NCBI GenBank assembly: GCA_002633005.1
Contig: NMRA01000113.1
Coordinates: 694,239-747,877 of the forward strand
Reading direction: 5' to 3'
DNA from: Phoronis australis
Lineage: Eukaryota > Animalia > Phoronida
DNA: 53,639 bases
Shown piece by piece: positions 24,001 through 39,000 of the stretch; position 1 is the stretch's first letter; the number at the start of each line of letters is the position of its first letter. The position numbers and the translations under genes were made by a program. The notes beneath the pieces are model-generated. The model was not told the DNA's origin, did not search any database, and saw only the letters and a list, made by a program, of their open reading frames with translations.

Positions 24001-27000
24001 GTTTTTACCGGCTTTACATGCATTAGTAGCAAAACTCTTGAATTACACCTGGGGTTTATTGCCTGGTGACTCATTGTATTTGTTTTTTTCTTTTGGTACA
24101 ATAGTAGGAATAATCAGTAGAAGAAATGTTATCTTGGATGAACTACCTCAGACACTGTCTTGTCACTGAACCTGTGTGTTATAGATAACACAATAAATTC
24201 ATCTGTTGTATTTCAGGCTGTTTGGTTTGACCGGTCTGGTAACACCTAACTGCACTCTGCCCCTACAGATGACCTTCACCACAAGTTCCTTTGTTTACTG
24301 GACAGAGTTTGTCAGTCCCGGAGTGATTCTGTTGTTCTATTATTGTGCGGCGTTACAATTCCAACACTGGATGTCTATTCCAGTGAGTTGATTTTGTAAC
24401 ATTCTGACGTGGCAGAGATTTTTAATGTAGTTGAAGTCCATTGACGATTGTTCTTACATATTTTCTTCTTATTTGAAGTTGTCTTCGTTAAAGTCATTGA
24501 ACAAAGATTTATAAGACTTAATGATGTGAACAATTTAATTTTAAAGTTTTTTCAATTTCTGGCCTATGTATCGAACAAAGAGTTCTTTATGTTAAAAGTT
24601 TGTGTTTCCTGATTTGGTTTACAGTCAATTTAAATTTATAACTTAGTATGTTTTGTTATTTGTTGATGGATAAACCCTGATTTGTTTTTGTTTAGCTTTG
24701 TAAGCTCTGGGGCAAACGCCGGCGAATCCAGAAAATTGACAAATCTCCATCACTGGTTAGAGTAGTGATTTGCTTATATGGAGTGCGGGCAGTCAATGTT
24801 GTGTATTTACTGTATCCTCTCGGTCGCAATATGATGTGTGATAGTCATTCAGCATCATCCACCATTGCACATTTCCTGCAGATAATCTGTACATGTGGGT
24901 TGGCTGACCTTTATTCTGTTCTATGCTACGTTGCTATTACATAATCTCTTATATGTCACATGCTGGACTCACAATATCTGAAAGTATTTTTTAATTTCGA
25001 GTCCTCAGTCAACTGATATATGTTAGTTGATCACTGCACTGTTGTCAGCATAAATTGTATCAATGCCTATACAGTGTCAAGTTGATCTTTAAGCTGCAAC
25101 AAACCGACTTGTGATTTAGACCACTTACCGTTATGGAACTCAATACTCAAACTGTCCCTTACTCCAATTAAAATGATTTCTAGGTTTGGGAAGAATTGAT
25201 TGTTCACTATTGCACAATAAGTTTGCTTGATCCGTGGTGTCATCTTATATGCCAATGATGGTCTTGAGTTATGATAAAGTGCTGGTTCATCCTAAACCAA
25301 GAATTATTTCTAATCAGAGTGAAGGACTTGTTGAGACCAGTTCATTATATTAAATGGCCTAAATCAAAATTCAAGTTTTTCAGAGGGCAGCATCACTTTT
25401 AGTTGCTAGGGTGGGTGGGAATATTGCTGAAGATTTCCTTTGCCTCAGATCAACGAGGGCTGTGGGTGTGCAAAGACTAGTAACATAACGAAGAGTAATG
25501 GTTGGCGCCGATCTGTTGTTGCTCATAACGTGTCCTAGAAATGACATGGAGTAACTTAACAATGCCGACAAGGGCATGGATTGGTTCCCTTATAACAATA
25601 TTTCTCTTTTACTTTTAATTCCATGTTGATGTTCTGTGGGTAACAGCAACACATATTTATAGTCTCACTGTCCAAATATCAACTCACTTTCCGAATAAGG
25701 AAGTCAATGCAGTGAGAAACTTGACCGTAATTTTGTCTTGCGTGAAGCTGACTGCGCGCTGGAGGCTCAAACACAATTTTAATGTTATTGCCAATCCAGC
25801 AAATTGACGTTATCTAGCTCTTAATGTTAACTTCCACAACAGGTCTGGCCCACGTTCATTTCTGTACATATCAGAAATTATTTTCGCTTCATGCTTTATT
25901 TCATACATTCGACATTGTCAGTGTTTCAGCCAATCACAAGTTGCTATTTCGATCTAAGCGAAATGATGGTGACTTTGTAGTGGTGCCCTTGTAGTGGTGC
26001 CCATGAGTACATAGTACGCTATTGATCATTGCTCAACAAGTAACGGATCCATACTGTTTGTAGTTAGGTAGATCTGAGGAGCTCAAACCACAAAATTTCT
26101 TTTCCCTTACAATTATACATTATTGTGTTTGGAAACTGCGGAACAGAGACCAGTGCTAGTGATAGCACAGTTGAAGTCGTTCATGTTAAAACTTGCATGT
26201 ATAAATAGTTGGTTGACATTTACTGTGTAGGTAAATGGCTTAATAGCTATATTCAGGGAGAAACATTACCGCTAGATGATTTGCTGGCCAGGCAACCATT
26301 CAGCGCCACCTACACTTTATGTATGATGTAAGTGGTGAAGATTTCAAGCAGCATTTTCTGGTCTGTTGTGCTTGATACTGGTGTAGTAGCACTGACATTT
26401 GTTGGGTTGATAAAATGACTGCAAGAATGAAACTGAAAGAGAGAATGTTTCATTTTCATCTCATTACCCATCAATGTTCCCTGAAAGTATGCAATGCCTC
26501 ATGACTTGGGTCATAGCCATGTGAACCATGTAAAGCACTTAATGTCTTTGATAGTGGAACTATGTAAGATGCATGCTGTGACTATATTTTCCTTTCCTAT
26601 ATGTTCCTGCACCATTTCCTGTTTCAAATGATGTTGATATGAAAGTAAGTCACGAGTACACGGGTTATTAGTGGTATCACATTAGTCTTGCTAGCGGTGT
26701 GAATGGGCTTGGCTGATTCTTCATAATAAACTGTGTCTTAAAGTATAAGATAACTCATTCTGTGACACACTATGTATCTAATGTTTGATTGAGTTTTTCT
26801 ATTAACTTTACCAGGAATTTCTGATAGTAAGCCTAAGTGTGTATATTTGGAAATGGCACATTTTACCCTTCGGGTGTGCCTGAAATATGCCTAGGCACAC
26901 TTGACTGACTGGCCCGGCGACTGACTGACCTGGTGACTGAGTGTCCTGATAACTAACTGACTGTAGGTGTGAAGAAGTACTTATTTGTGGTTAACAGTCG

Positions 27001-30000
27001 TTGACATTTTGTATTCTGGAAAACCCTATAAACTCCAATAAATTAGACTTATTTCTCTAACAGTACAGTAGACCTGTATTTGGAAAATTGTTTGAAAATA
27101 GACTCCTGCACTTACACTTTGGGGGCTTATTTTGTGTTATTTTCCTGTTTGTTGATCCAAAACCACCTTCTCTTTCTAACAGTTAACAATGGTGATGTGG
27201 TGTCACTGTTAATATTTGCAAATTTTAACTTTTACTTAATATTAGCTTTAGGCCAAATTAGACGTAATAAGTGGAGAGAGTGCAGCATGACAATGATGTT
27301 TTGATATTAATCAAATATCATCCTCAGTTACAATGGTAGACAGAAAACAAAATATCATAACAGAATGTTCACTTCACACCACAATGCATGTCAACTAAAG
27401 GCTCTCCCACAACTCCAGCTTATATGCTCCTATTCAGTGACCTGTCAATATGGACGGCCTATATGTGAATAGCCTCATGGATTAGAAGTTTGACACAGTT
27501 ATCGTCATGATCGAAAACCTTGACCTTTAAAACTTTTTGTAGAAAACATTCATGATGAAGTCATTTTCGGTTGCTGTTCCATACTGTATTTACACAGTGT
27601 CCCTAAATGACTGCCTGTTTTAAAAAAAATTATTTACAGGTCGGGTTTGATAAAAACGTTTAGTGTGTCAGGTTAGTTAAAAATATTGTTAGTGTGTCGG
27701 TTTTCTTTTTCTTTTAGCTCATGGTGTGGCTAAGTGTATGTGGTTCACTTTTTCTACTTTATTGTATAAAGTGTGATGGTTGACTTTCAGAAAGCTGAGC
27801 GGGAAGAGCATGCTTTGAGGGCAGTTAGTCCAAAGAAGTCCCGGCGTAAGAACGTCCCTGAAGAACGACAGGTATTATGGAAAACATACTGCCAGGCTCA
27901 ACACAGTGCTGCACTCTGTTGGAGCTGGTGGTGGCCTCTGTCTGGATCTTGTAGCCTTGTACTTATAATCAATAGTTACTAATATTGTGGCAGGTGGTGG
28001 GGAAGTCGGGACATTTTGTTTAAGTGGCGATCTTCGCTTAACAGCTTCTTTGTCTTGCCATTGTCTTTCGACTTTGGTGATCTGTTTTGTGGCCATGTTA
28101 GAAGAACGAAATGTGCAATTCTTTCTTGGGAATCCATCATTTTTATTTTCCAAGTTTTGTTCTGTATCATGTAAAAGGATTTGAGTGGCTTATTTATATT
28201 TATGGTGCCATTACTAACACCAACCATTAGCACCACCACCACTACCACCACCATCACCACCACCCCACACCATCATTGTCATTGACAAAGCGTCATCATG
28301 GGCACCATCATCATTTCCGTCACTAACCAATACATACTCATATGTTATCTGTTTGTTGCCAAAAGGTAAAACTGTAGCTGGGCTTTATTGTGCACCTGCA
28401 TATTTGTATGTGGGCACATTACGCCGTCATCCATGTCCGTCCGTCGTCCGCTGCTCTATCTCCGAAACCCTTTGATGTAATTTGTTCATGAAATTTTGCA
28501 TATTTGTTCCTTTCATAGATAGGACGGCATGAGTGAACTTCCGCATGGATTCGACTACCGGTATAACCCCCTAGTGGCAATTTTAGTTTTTTACGTTTAC
28601 CTTTGTCTTCAAAGGTCTTCAACGGATTTTCATAAAATGTGGCATATAAGCATCTAATAATGAGATGACGCTATCCTCTTGTTTTAGGGTGGATTTGAGG
28701 TATTCTGCACCATCTAGTAGCCATTTTTATTGTTTTCGAGTCTGTTTTTGGTCTCTGTCCCTCTATCAACCTAACAACTCTAAGGATGATTGTGAAAATT
28801 GGCATGTATGTTCCTACTAGTATGAAAAGTACAGCTGACAATGATTTTCTGACTACTTTGACTACTGTGTAGCAGTGTATTTATAAGAAATTGACAACAG
28901 ATGACAATGACTTTTGAACAGATCTGACTACCGGTGTATATCCTAGTGGCAATTTTAGGTTTTTACGTTTACCTCTGTATCTTCAAAGGTCAACGACTTT
29001 TCATAAAATTTGAAATACATCCATCTATTGGTGAGAGGACACTATCCTCCCGTTTTTGGATGGATTCGAGGTATTTTCAGGACCTAGTGGCAATTTTGCG
29101 GTTTTCGTGCCTGTTTTTTGGCATCCTTCCCTCTAACAACTAAACCATACTAAGGATAATTTTAAAAATTGACGTATTTGTTCTCAGTGTGAAGGGGACA
29201 GTTGATGATGACAATTTGACTACTGTGGCACCTCCTAGGGGCAGTTTTGTTTTGTTTTGCGCCCATAGCTATATCTCCTAGACACATTGCAGGATCTTGA
29301 TTAAATTTAGTAAGTGCATTCACTTGAAGATGACAACAGATAACGGCGACTTTCAGAAGGATTCAAGTAAGTTTGTGCCCCCTAGTAGCAATTTTATTTT
29401 TTTCGTTTTCCTTTGTTTCTCTGAAATTCCTAGACAGATTATAATGAAATTTGGTAAATAGCTTTCTATTAAAAATACAATGGGATGTCCCCATTTTCGG
29501 ATGGATTCGATATTTTTTGGGCCATCTAGTGGCTATTTTTATGATACAAATAAACAACCCTAAAAACACACCGTTTGCAGTGCATTTGTGGGCACATTTC
29601 AATGCTCCGTGTTGCTCTTGTATTTCAGTGTATTGGGAATATGGTTGTGTTACTGTGCGATTTTCTTTTTTTGAAAGCATGAATTTTGGTGGCATTACCA
29701 TTAGATAAGTGTATTCCCAATTCGACAGCCCCTCGGAAAAAAGATTTATGCCGCCATCGTATAACATATACCTTTTTGGTAGTTAATTGTCATTATACAG
29801 CTTTCACTGTCTAGTTGTGGGTTGGGTTCTGACCACTTAACCTAATCTCTTGTAGCCTATCTCTTCGGTCACTCAAACGGTTAGTATGAACTGATTTAAC
29901 ACGCATGCTGTTGGCATGCTTCACTAATTTAGTTTGCACTGGTTCCTAGTCAAGTAGCCTTCTTGTGTTTGATGTTGTAACTTTCTGATTTCTTTGTGTG

Positions 30001-33000
30001 ACCAATGGCTTGTCTTTGTATCGTCATCCATTTTTTGTGACCTTTGACCTCTGTAGATGTAGCCGCTGGAGAACATTTTTTATTTAAGCAGGCTCTATTT
30101 TACCCACCAGTGGTTTCCCATATTTTGTTGTGATTTAATGTGTGAGACTGAGTTGTGACTGTACGGTCAGTCTGTTGGGGATGTTAATGGTGTGGGCTGT
30201 GTTATAGTTTACCCTGCTGTTTATATCGGTTTTCACAGCTTTCACAGGATTCTGCACACGTTTTGTTCACCTCATAATTTGCTTATTTGTTATTCTGGAG
30301 ATTGTTTTCTGGTGTGAACACTGCTTGATGTGTTTGTATTGCAGCAGTTGTTTGTATCTGTTGTGAGTTATGTCTATGTGTCAACAATTGACATTATGGT
30401 TACAATTAGTGTGGATCTCACTTAATGTGATAGTGGAAAAAAACAAAATCATTTCCTTTTAAACCTGTGTAAGATAATGTGCAAGTTGTCATGATTTATC
30501 GCCTATTTCCAGATACATTAAGAATCTGTAAAAATGATCCTCGACCGGTTATATTCTAGTTTGTTTTCTTATTTGAGACGTTTGCATTACTGCAACTCAG
30601 CACCTTGGGTAAAATCAGCTGTTTATCTCACTTGTAGACTCTCAAAAAGGATGATTTCGAACTGCAGAGAACTGGGATCAATATCGGTTATTCAATTTGA
30701 ATGTCATTTTTGCTAGAGCGCGGCAATGGTGAAAGTAATTTCGTCAGAGATATAACTGTATTACAACAAAACAGTACATGTCATTCAACTTACTTAACTG
30801 GTGAGAAGACTATGAACTACTACTATGCAATGGTGTAGCTTGTGTGAATAACAACACATTCATGGTAACTTAATACATGACAGTCGTCACTTGGGAATCA
30901 TTCTAATTTCAGATAAGGTCTCATCTTTATGTATTAGTAAACTGGTCTATAAACAGACTACTTATTGCCCTGCCCTGCTCCACGTGGCATGGTCACCAGA
31001 AGTCCTGTCCACACACAGCCTACGCTAGAACAACTTGCACTAGTGCAACTTACCCCACTTATTAATGGAGTATCCACACATACACACACACGTACACACA
31101 CATCCAATAACTAGGGTAAGGCGGAAGTTGTTGCTCTGCGCATGACAATGCGAGTGCAGCGCGCAGACGAAAGCCCCGTAGAAAGTTGCACTAGTGCAAG
31201 TTGTTCTAGGGTGGGCTGTGTGTGGACGGTACTTTAATTTGTAACCCCAGCTGATAATTACTCCAGCCTTGGCCCAGGTTTGCTGCCACATGCAGGAATT
31301 AGAAGTGGCGCAAGTTACCCTAGACCAAGTTACCCTACCTCGATAAGGTGGAGTAAGTTGTCGCTAGTGGGGTAACTTGCAATAGTTTTAATAGGGTCCA
31401 CACAGCCTCCAAATCTAGCGACAACTTGTTCCAGGGGTAACTTGTTCTAGCGTAAGTCTGTGTGTGGACGGCACTTAATTAGAGTGGTTACCATCGTCAC
31501 CAAGTCCGAACCTACTCAATAGAATGTCCCGCTTATCGTCATAATTTACTTCGAATCTAAGGGTATGACACTGTATTTACTTTCACCGAGCTCTGTATCT
31601 TGGTTTAAAAAATGTGATAATAACCATTTTTGGAGCTTGAAACTGGTAAAAATTTTAGCCTTTGAAGACTCGCACCTTTTGTGCAGTATGGTGTTGGAGG
31701 GACTCGTGATGCCTTGAAGGAGATTTGGATTTACTTGGTAGTTGTTATTTCACGATTATTTAGAAACAAACGTGACATCAGAATGCGTTCAACATATTAT
31801 TAAATTGACTTAAAAGGCCTTTGTGCTCGTGTATGTGATAGTGGCGCAGTGGCAAATTAGTGGTTTGGAACAGGAAGATCTTGGGTTGTAATCACGATGA
31901 AATCTGCATTAATTTACAAAAAAATAAAAGAATTAAAGTGGCATTACTGCAGCAGCAGTCAATGTGAGTAAATGAGCAATCAGTATGAAAAATTATTGAC
32001 TCCAAAATATTGTCCTCTGCTCCACTTATAACAGTTACTCCATAACCTGTCCAAATCATGTAATAGCTTTCTTTTTGCCCTGAGTATCAGGTGTAAGGTT
32101 TTGTTGAAAGTTAGGGCCATAGTACTGTAGTTTGGTTTGACATGAAGAGTGACTGTGATATATCTAAACCTATACTACATGACTGTGCTTAACTAAACCT
32201 ATACGTCGTCACTGTATTTAATTACTACTACACTACATGACTGTATTCTGGCCTCCTTTTCAGATGCTGATTGATGACAGGACCCCTTCCGCCTCGTACA
32301 ATACAATAGAACAGCTGGATGAGCCAACAGCTGAGGTGGATGGAGAGGACGGCGCTGATGATAAGACTGGCGAGCGCTCAGTCATTATGTCCATTCTTAT
32401 GTTCACTATCAACCAGAGTTACTTGGTCACTTTGATATTTATGATGGTGAGTAAAGTGTGACGGGGCGTCTGTAGTCATATAACTTATGTTGTGTGTTAT
32501 TGTACACCTTGTACCTTATAATGGGTATGGCAGTCGTGACGCACATTCAAAATCCAGACCAACTCAATACTGGGACACTAACTTACACCTCTCTGTGCAA
32601 GCCTTGTATACTGAATGTACTGTCTCATACACATTTCTGTGTAATCCTTGTATACTTGTGTACTATCTCACACCTGTCTGTAAGCCTTGTATACTGGTGT
32701 ACTCTCTCCAATATTTCTCTGTTAAGTCTTGTAAACTGGTGTACGGTCTCTCACACCTCTCTGTGTTGACGTTGTATACCGCTTTACTTTCCCTCGCACC
32801 TCTCTGTGTAAGCCTTGTACACTAGGTGTACTATCTCTCACACCTCTGTGTGTAATCCTTGTATACTCTGGTGTACCATCTCCCACAACTCTCTGTGTAA
32901 TTCTTGTATACTCTGGTGTACCATCTCTCACACCTCTCTGTGTAATCCTTGTATACTCTGGTGTACCATCTCCCACAACTCTCTGTGTAATTCTTGTATA

Positions 33001-36000
33001 CTGCTGCAATGTCACTAACATCTCTTCATAAGCCTTGTATACTGGTGTAATGTCTCACACCTCTCTGTGTATGCCTTGCATACTTCTGACAAGTTGAGAT
33101 GGCTGAAGCTTAAACACATGCATAGCGTGGATGTGCCTGGTAATTAACGTTCTTTATCATTATTGCTGTTCTGTTATTATAAAAAATAATAATTGCAGGC
33201 GATCTGATACACGTTGTATCAGACGTGCGCAGGCCGCTCATGTGGGCCCATTGCACTGATCACCTGGAACCATTTTATGCTTTATTAATATATACTAGTT
33301 ATAAACTGTAGTTGTGTCTTGTTGCAGGCCTGGAGTATAGTTTACCACAGTTGGCTGTCGTTCGTCTTGCTCCTGGCTGCCTGTATCATATGGATGATCC
33401 CTAATGCAGGTAGGGCCTGCCTCGTCTGTTCACCTGTCATAGTGCTGTATGCCGAGGCATTGGTTATCATACAGTATGTATATGGTTTCAAGTTGACAGC
33501 AGATGAACTGAGCGAGAGTGTCCTGTTGACAGAGATTGGGCTGCAGAAGACTAAAGTAGCCTTTGTTCCTCTACTGGTGAAGGTAACTTACCTGCATTCA
33601 TTGCTAGATCAAAGGCCTGGTGAAACTTCTGTAATGTGTTACTTAAAAGTTTATGTTATCGTTTGTTTTTAAGGCACTTTTAGTCAATTTGGCATACCGT
33701 ATTCGCCGTAATAACCGCCTATTCCCCTATAAGCGCCCCCCACGTGTTTTCAGACTTTGCTAAAATAAGCACCCAGTCCATGAACCTGTACGTGTGAAAA
33801 ATGCCTTACCTGCAGTCCTAAAATTCTACAGTAACGTCTTCAATTTATTAATAATATCCGACAGTCCTGAAAAAATCATTGTGCGCAGAATTTGTAGACA
33901 ACGAGCCTCGCCGCTTTGTCGGTATTTAGCCGTGACTATGCACTTCAAACTTCCGCCATGCCTCAGAACGAACACAAAAGTTCTGCTGATATTGCGAGGA
34001 CCACTGGTCTGGCCTTTCACAACAGAAGTAGTGTACTTGCCTACAGGATTGCTTTGTAGATATTTCCTGCTTTCAACAGGAATCCAAATTCCTTTGTAGG
34101 CCTACACGTGAAAACCGCGAATCGAAGACTAATAAAAAGCTTGGCCAGTGTTAAAAGCACGTGGCCAGGAAGCGCGCGCTACATACACGAACCTGTCATC
34201 AAAGGCATTAGTCGGGAACTATCCATTCATGAAACGGGTAGCATAGCATCGGCAAGAAATGAATATTGGCACTAATTTCCGACAGTTTCTCATACTATGA
34301 AAAATGTTTGCGTTATTTTTAAGATGAATTGTTTGATTAACCATAATTGGTGTTTTTAGGCCAAATGTCCAATAAAATACCACTGACAGTGAAAGCTTAC
34401 ACACCCTTACACCGAAAAATAACTGTCAGATAGTCACGTACGCATCCAGCCCCACGGCGACTAATATGGCTTTACGGAGACAAATGACGAACGTTTTAAG
34501 TTTAGCATATGAGACCAGCAAAAGTGCTGAATGAAACACGTTATGGTTTAGGCCTACTGCTTGTGCAAATTTCTTTAGATACAATGCACATCTAGCTCGT
34601 TAGATGCGTGGCTTTTGCCAAAAGACGGTCTCTGCTCTGGCAAATGAACTCTGGTGACACGCACGCGCTCGCTTATTCACAAACGCAGACAACTTCAAAA
34701 AAAATGTCACGTGACAACAACATGTGTGTTTGTCCATTTTTCTCACGTTGCCGATCATACATGTAGATGGCACGATGTAGCACAGATTTGCACTTAAACC
34801 TGCCGTGATTCTGACTCCACGGGAAATTAAAAATCTTAGGGACCCTACTTGGAAAACTTAAGGAGGATTTCAGGTAATTTGTTTGAGTCGAAACTGTATT
34901 TTTATTCAAGCCATATCGACGATTGTGAGGCAGGCAGTCGGCGAGTTTTCGCCCTGGGCTTTCAGCACACTTTTCTGTAAAATGATCGTAATTTAGTAGC
35001 AAAGTTTGATAGCAATGCACCTCGGTTTTTTAGAAAGTCTTTCATAGATTACAGATACATCACAGAGCATAAATTTGATGAATCTTAGCTTCCGATTTCA
35101 CCCACTTCGGAGACCGGGTTTCAACGGCCTTGGGTTATAATAAGCGCCCCCCCCCCCTGAAACGAACCTTTCTAAGCGCCCTGGCGGTTATTACGGCGAA
35201 TACGGTAGGTTTCTTTCAACAACAGCATAGTATTGTAAACTTTTCTTTGCAGCCCACACCCATCGTTACTTTTTCTTGTCTGTCAATTTTCTTGAATGGC
35301 ACTAGGTTGTCATAGGGTTATATGGTGGGGATGCACCGCTGCCAGTTGGTTTCAGATGATTTGAGTATCGTGGCACTCTATCGGCTGTTTTAGAGATCTG
35401 AGAAATTCCTTGTGTTTCAAGTTTTGGCGAAGTTACTTAATAAATTTTACCAAAACTTTAGTCAGAGGTATGTGGCTGGCACCAATTGATTTTTGAATGG
35501 ATTCGACTGCCGTGGCTCCCTTGTTGGACATTTCAGTTTTCGGTAAAAAATTTCTTGTCCATCAATTTTATTCCTTCCAAGAATTATCAAGTGCACGGAA
35601 CGACTTTTGTAGAAATTTGACTCAGAAGTTTATAGTTGGTGAGAATCAGTCATCATTAGTTGCTTATTAGAAGAAGTTGAATACCCTCAGGCTGGCATCC
35701 CTGTTTGGCCATTCTAGATTTGGACATAAGTTTTCTTGTTCGCCGATAGTTGTCATAACGGCTTGGTAGATTATAGTGAAATTTGATGCAAGGGATTATG
35801 ACTGCATCAGCACCTGGTGATTTTGGTGTGGATTTGACTACCTTGTCTTACCCTGTTGGCCGTTTTATTTCTTGTCAGGATTTTCATGTAATTTTGACAC
35901 AAATGTATATGATAGGTATATGCGGTCACAAGATAATTTTCAGACAGATTCGATTGCTATATCTCCTTCTTTTAAAATTGATTGTTCATTATTATAGGAG

Positions 36001-39000
36001 AAAGCAACCATTCTTGAAAACGGATAATACAGGTCCCTGGTTAACTGGGAAAGATATTTGGTTGAGTTGATTTCTGTTCCCCTAGCATCATGTAGTTACT
36101 ATACTTTCAACAATAGAAAAGGGCGTAAATGGCCCAGCAAAAGGATGGTATCTTGGTTCTGCATTCGCTGATATTGAGTTACCTTAGTGTCTGACTTGCT
36201 TTTCAGTTCATCCTGCATTGGTCATTTATGTTAGCTGAATGGATGTGAATACAGAACCAATTATCCAGGCAGTTAATGTTATTTTATATTTTTTCATGGT
36301 TAGTAAATACACTCCTAAAGAAGAGTCCTTGAACACAGAAAAATATCTCTCTCAGGTAATCAGGGATCTAAATCTTTAGTTAAGGAAACATACATCAACA
36401 ACTGTTGCTTTCGCCTAATCAATGCTCATGTAGAGGTCAAAACCCAGGATATTCACTGTGACCAAAGTGTAGTCCAGTAAAGCTTGAAGAGTTAATTTAC
36501 CTTATGAAAGGACTTCAGTTTTCCTTAACAGAGACAGAGATAATTTCCAAGCAAATACAACACTTGACATTTGCTTAAAAATGTGTATCCCGAGATCTTA
36601 TGGTATTTGTACATATGAGTGCCTGAGGTATTTTGGTATTATGTATACAATGTTTAAGTATGAAGTTGGCCTTTTTATTTAACACATTTAGGTACGAAGT
36701 CACCATGTTCATTTGGCGTTATTTAGATATGAAGTTGACCGATTTGTTTGACATATTTCAGATGATGATGTTCACTGGTATGTTTTGGCTGACATTGTAT
36801 CAACTTACACGGTCGCGACATAGGAATCAACAGATGTCTTTCATGGTCCATAGAAGGGGCAGTCGTAAGTGGAAGAATGGCTGACACTGCATGCTTGTAA
36901 ACTGTTGTATGACTGGCGTTTAAAAAAGCATATTGTTGTGCCCAATAATTGAGCTTGCAAAATCTGTACTTGAGATTATAGAATCATGTACTTGAATGTA
37001 AACTAGTTATTTTGATTTTGAGCATATTTCAGCCCATGCTCCTGAATTGTAAGTAATGTGTTATTTTCAAAAAAAATATTTTGGCTCAGAAGTTTTGCAT
37101 AAAGGTGCATGGACCCAAGTGCAATAATGTTAATGAGGTATGTGACCAGGATCTGGCATCGACCCCGCTGTCTTCCAAAACTGCTTGAAGGATATTCATG
37201 AAATTTAGTAGACATGTCTCTGCCAGTGAGAAGATGTGCCTTGCAATTTTTGGACGGTTGATGCCACCCAGTGACAATTTTTAAATTTTTAAATATCTAT
37301 CAACTCATTTGCTGGATCTTTGTGAAATTTGGCGGATGTTTTTCTCCAAAGAGGCAACACTACCCATAAATTTATGAGTTAAGCTGATACTCCTGTGCCT
37401 CCTAGTGGCAATTTATTATCGTGGTCTTCAATTTTTGGCAACCGGTTTTCTATCTCCTAAACTGTTTAAAAGTTATAGTTAAATTTACGGAATTTACTTG
37501 TATTCACAAGAGTGTGGCTGACGTTGATTTTCGGACAGATATGAATACCATAATGCTGAGTGTTAGTTGTAGTTTTCTTTGCAAATAGCAAATGAGTTTC
37601 TGTTAAGCTGAGCATGACTGCTGCAGTGCCTCCTTGTGAGAATTTTATTTTTTGCGACAATCTCGATATCTAACAGGATTGACTTTTGCACACTGGTGAG
37701 GTTTTTAGTTTGTTAGCATGATCAAAAAATATTAACGGTATTTAACATTCAGTAGGCTAGGTGTGTTGTGTGTTGTATTAACATGACATGCCACTATTAT
37801 TGTGCATTGTGTTTCTTGTTGGTTTAGGCTTAACTCATGACCATGGCGAAGGTTTTGACAGCAAGGAGGTGCGCATGGCAGGTAGGTGTCTACTAACACT
37901 CTTTCTTTTGTATTCCATGCTGTCTTGGAAAGTAAACAAAACTCAAACGGGATTTTAAAATCAAAGTACATAACAAAATCTTCCAAAACTTTAAACCATT
38001 CCTCCTGGTTCCATTTTCTCTCGCACCGACTCATTGAAATTTAGAAATTACACTCATGGTATACTGAAGTATGTAATAAAAGACTCTAAGCTTATGTATT
38101 ATGAATAGCAGTTTAACGAGCATAAAACTGACATACGCCAAACTTGACAAGTCCTCAAAAAACATAATTTCTAATTCTTCCTCCATCTGTTCTCCCTCAC
38201 TTTATTACCTGTATGCAATAATCATTTTTAAAATCCAGGGCTGCCAACTGTTACGGATTTATCCGTAATTTACGATGTTTTAGAGCCTAAAAAATCACTA
38301 CGTGCAGATTTTCAAATGTCATGAATTTTGAGCATATATTTCTCTCCAAAAAATCAGACAAAAGTTAAATTTATCTTTATAAAATCATCATTGTTTTGAA
38401 GCGGCATATCAGTGAAAATAGAGGCAGAAAGTGACGGAAAATGTCGAGAACGCAAGATCTGACCAATAAGATGTATCCTGCATAATTATGAAATTTCCCT
38501 TTTATGATTGGTCAGTTGCAATTTTTTTGTGAACGACTGACCAATGAAAAATGTGCTTACTTGGTTTTGCATTGTGGGATATCGTTTGCTTTGGAAATTG
38601 TGTTAAGATGTCTGGAGCGAAATTTTGGAGACGAGTATACCGATTGTTTAGATTACATTTAGAAAACGGGAATGTAGTTAACCACGTTTAATCACGCCAT
38701 CTTCAACATTGAGCACCCTGATGCCAATAACACCTTTATGGATCAGGAATTACGAGATATTGGGATTTGTAGAGGTGTTGTAGTGTGGGAAGAAATCAAT
38801 CATGCTGACAGCAAACGCCGGATAAACTCTTGATGTGAGGAACTGAGTTATTACATAATGGTGCTTTTTTAATTCAACACGGTTTAAAATTGAAAATTGT
38901 TGTTTTGGCGTGTATAAATCCATCTCACGATTAAAATCTTAACTTTGTGAAAATGTTGGAAATCGGACAATTTGTCACTTGACATGAAGGTTACAGATTA

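Noticed and set aside
26565-26650. Possible microexon (TGCATG, pyrimidine tract, GTAAGT at 26645)
   Set aside because: There is no suitable acceptor AG between the pyrimidine tract and the donor.
30038-30100. Possible exon after ctctgtag at about 30056
   Set aside because: In the required phase 0 it reads ATG TAG (an immediate stop), and no good donor follows.
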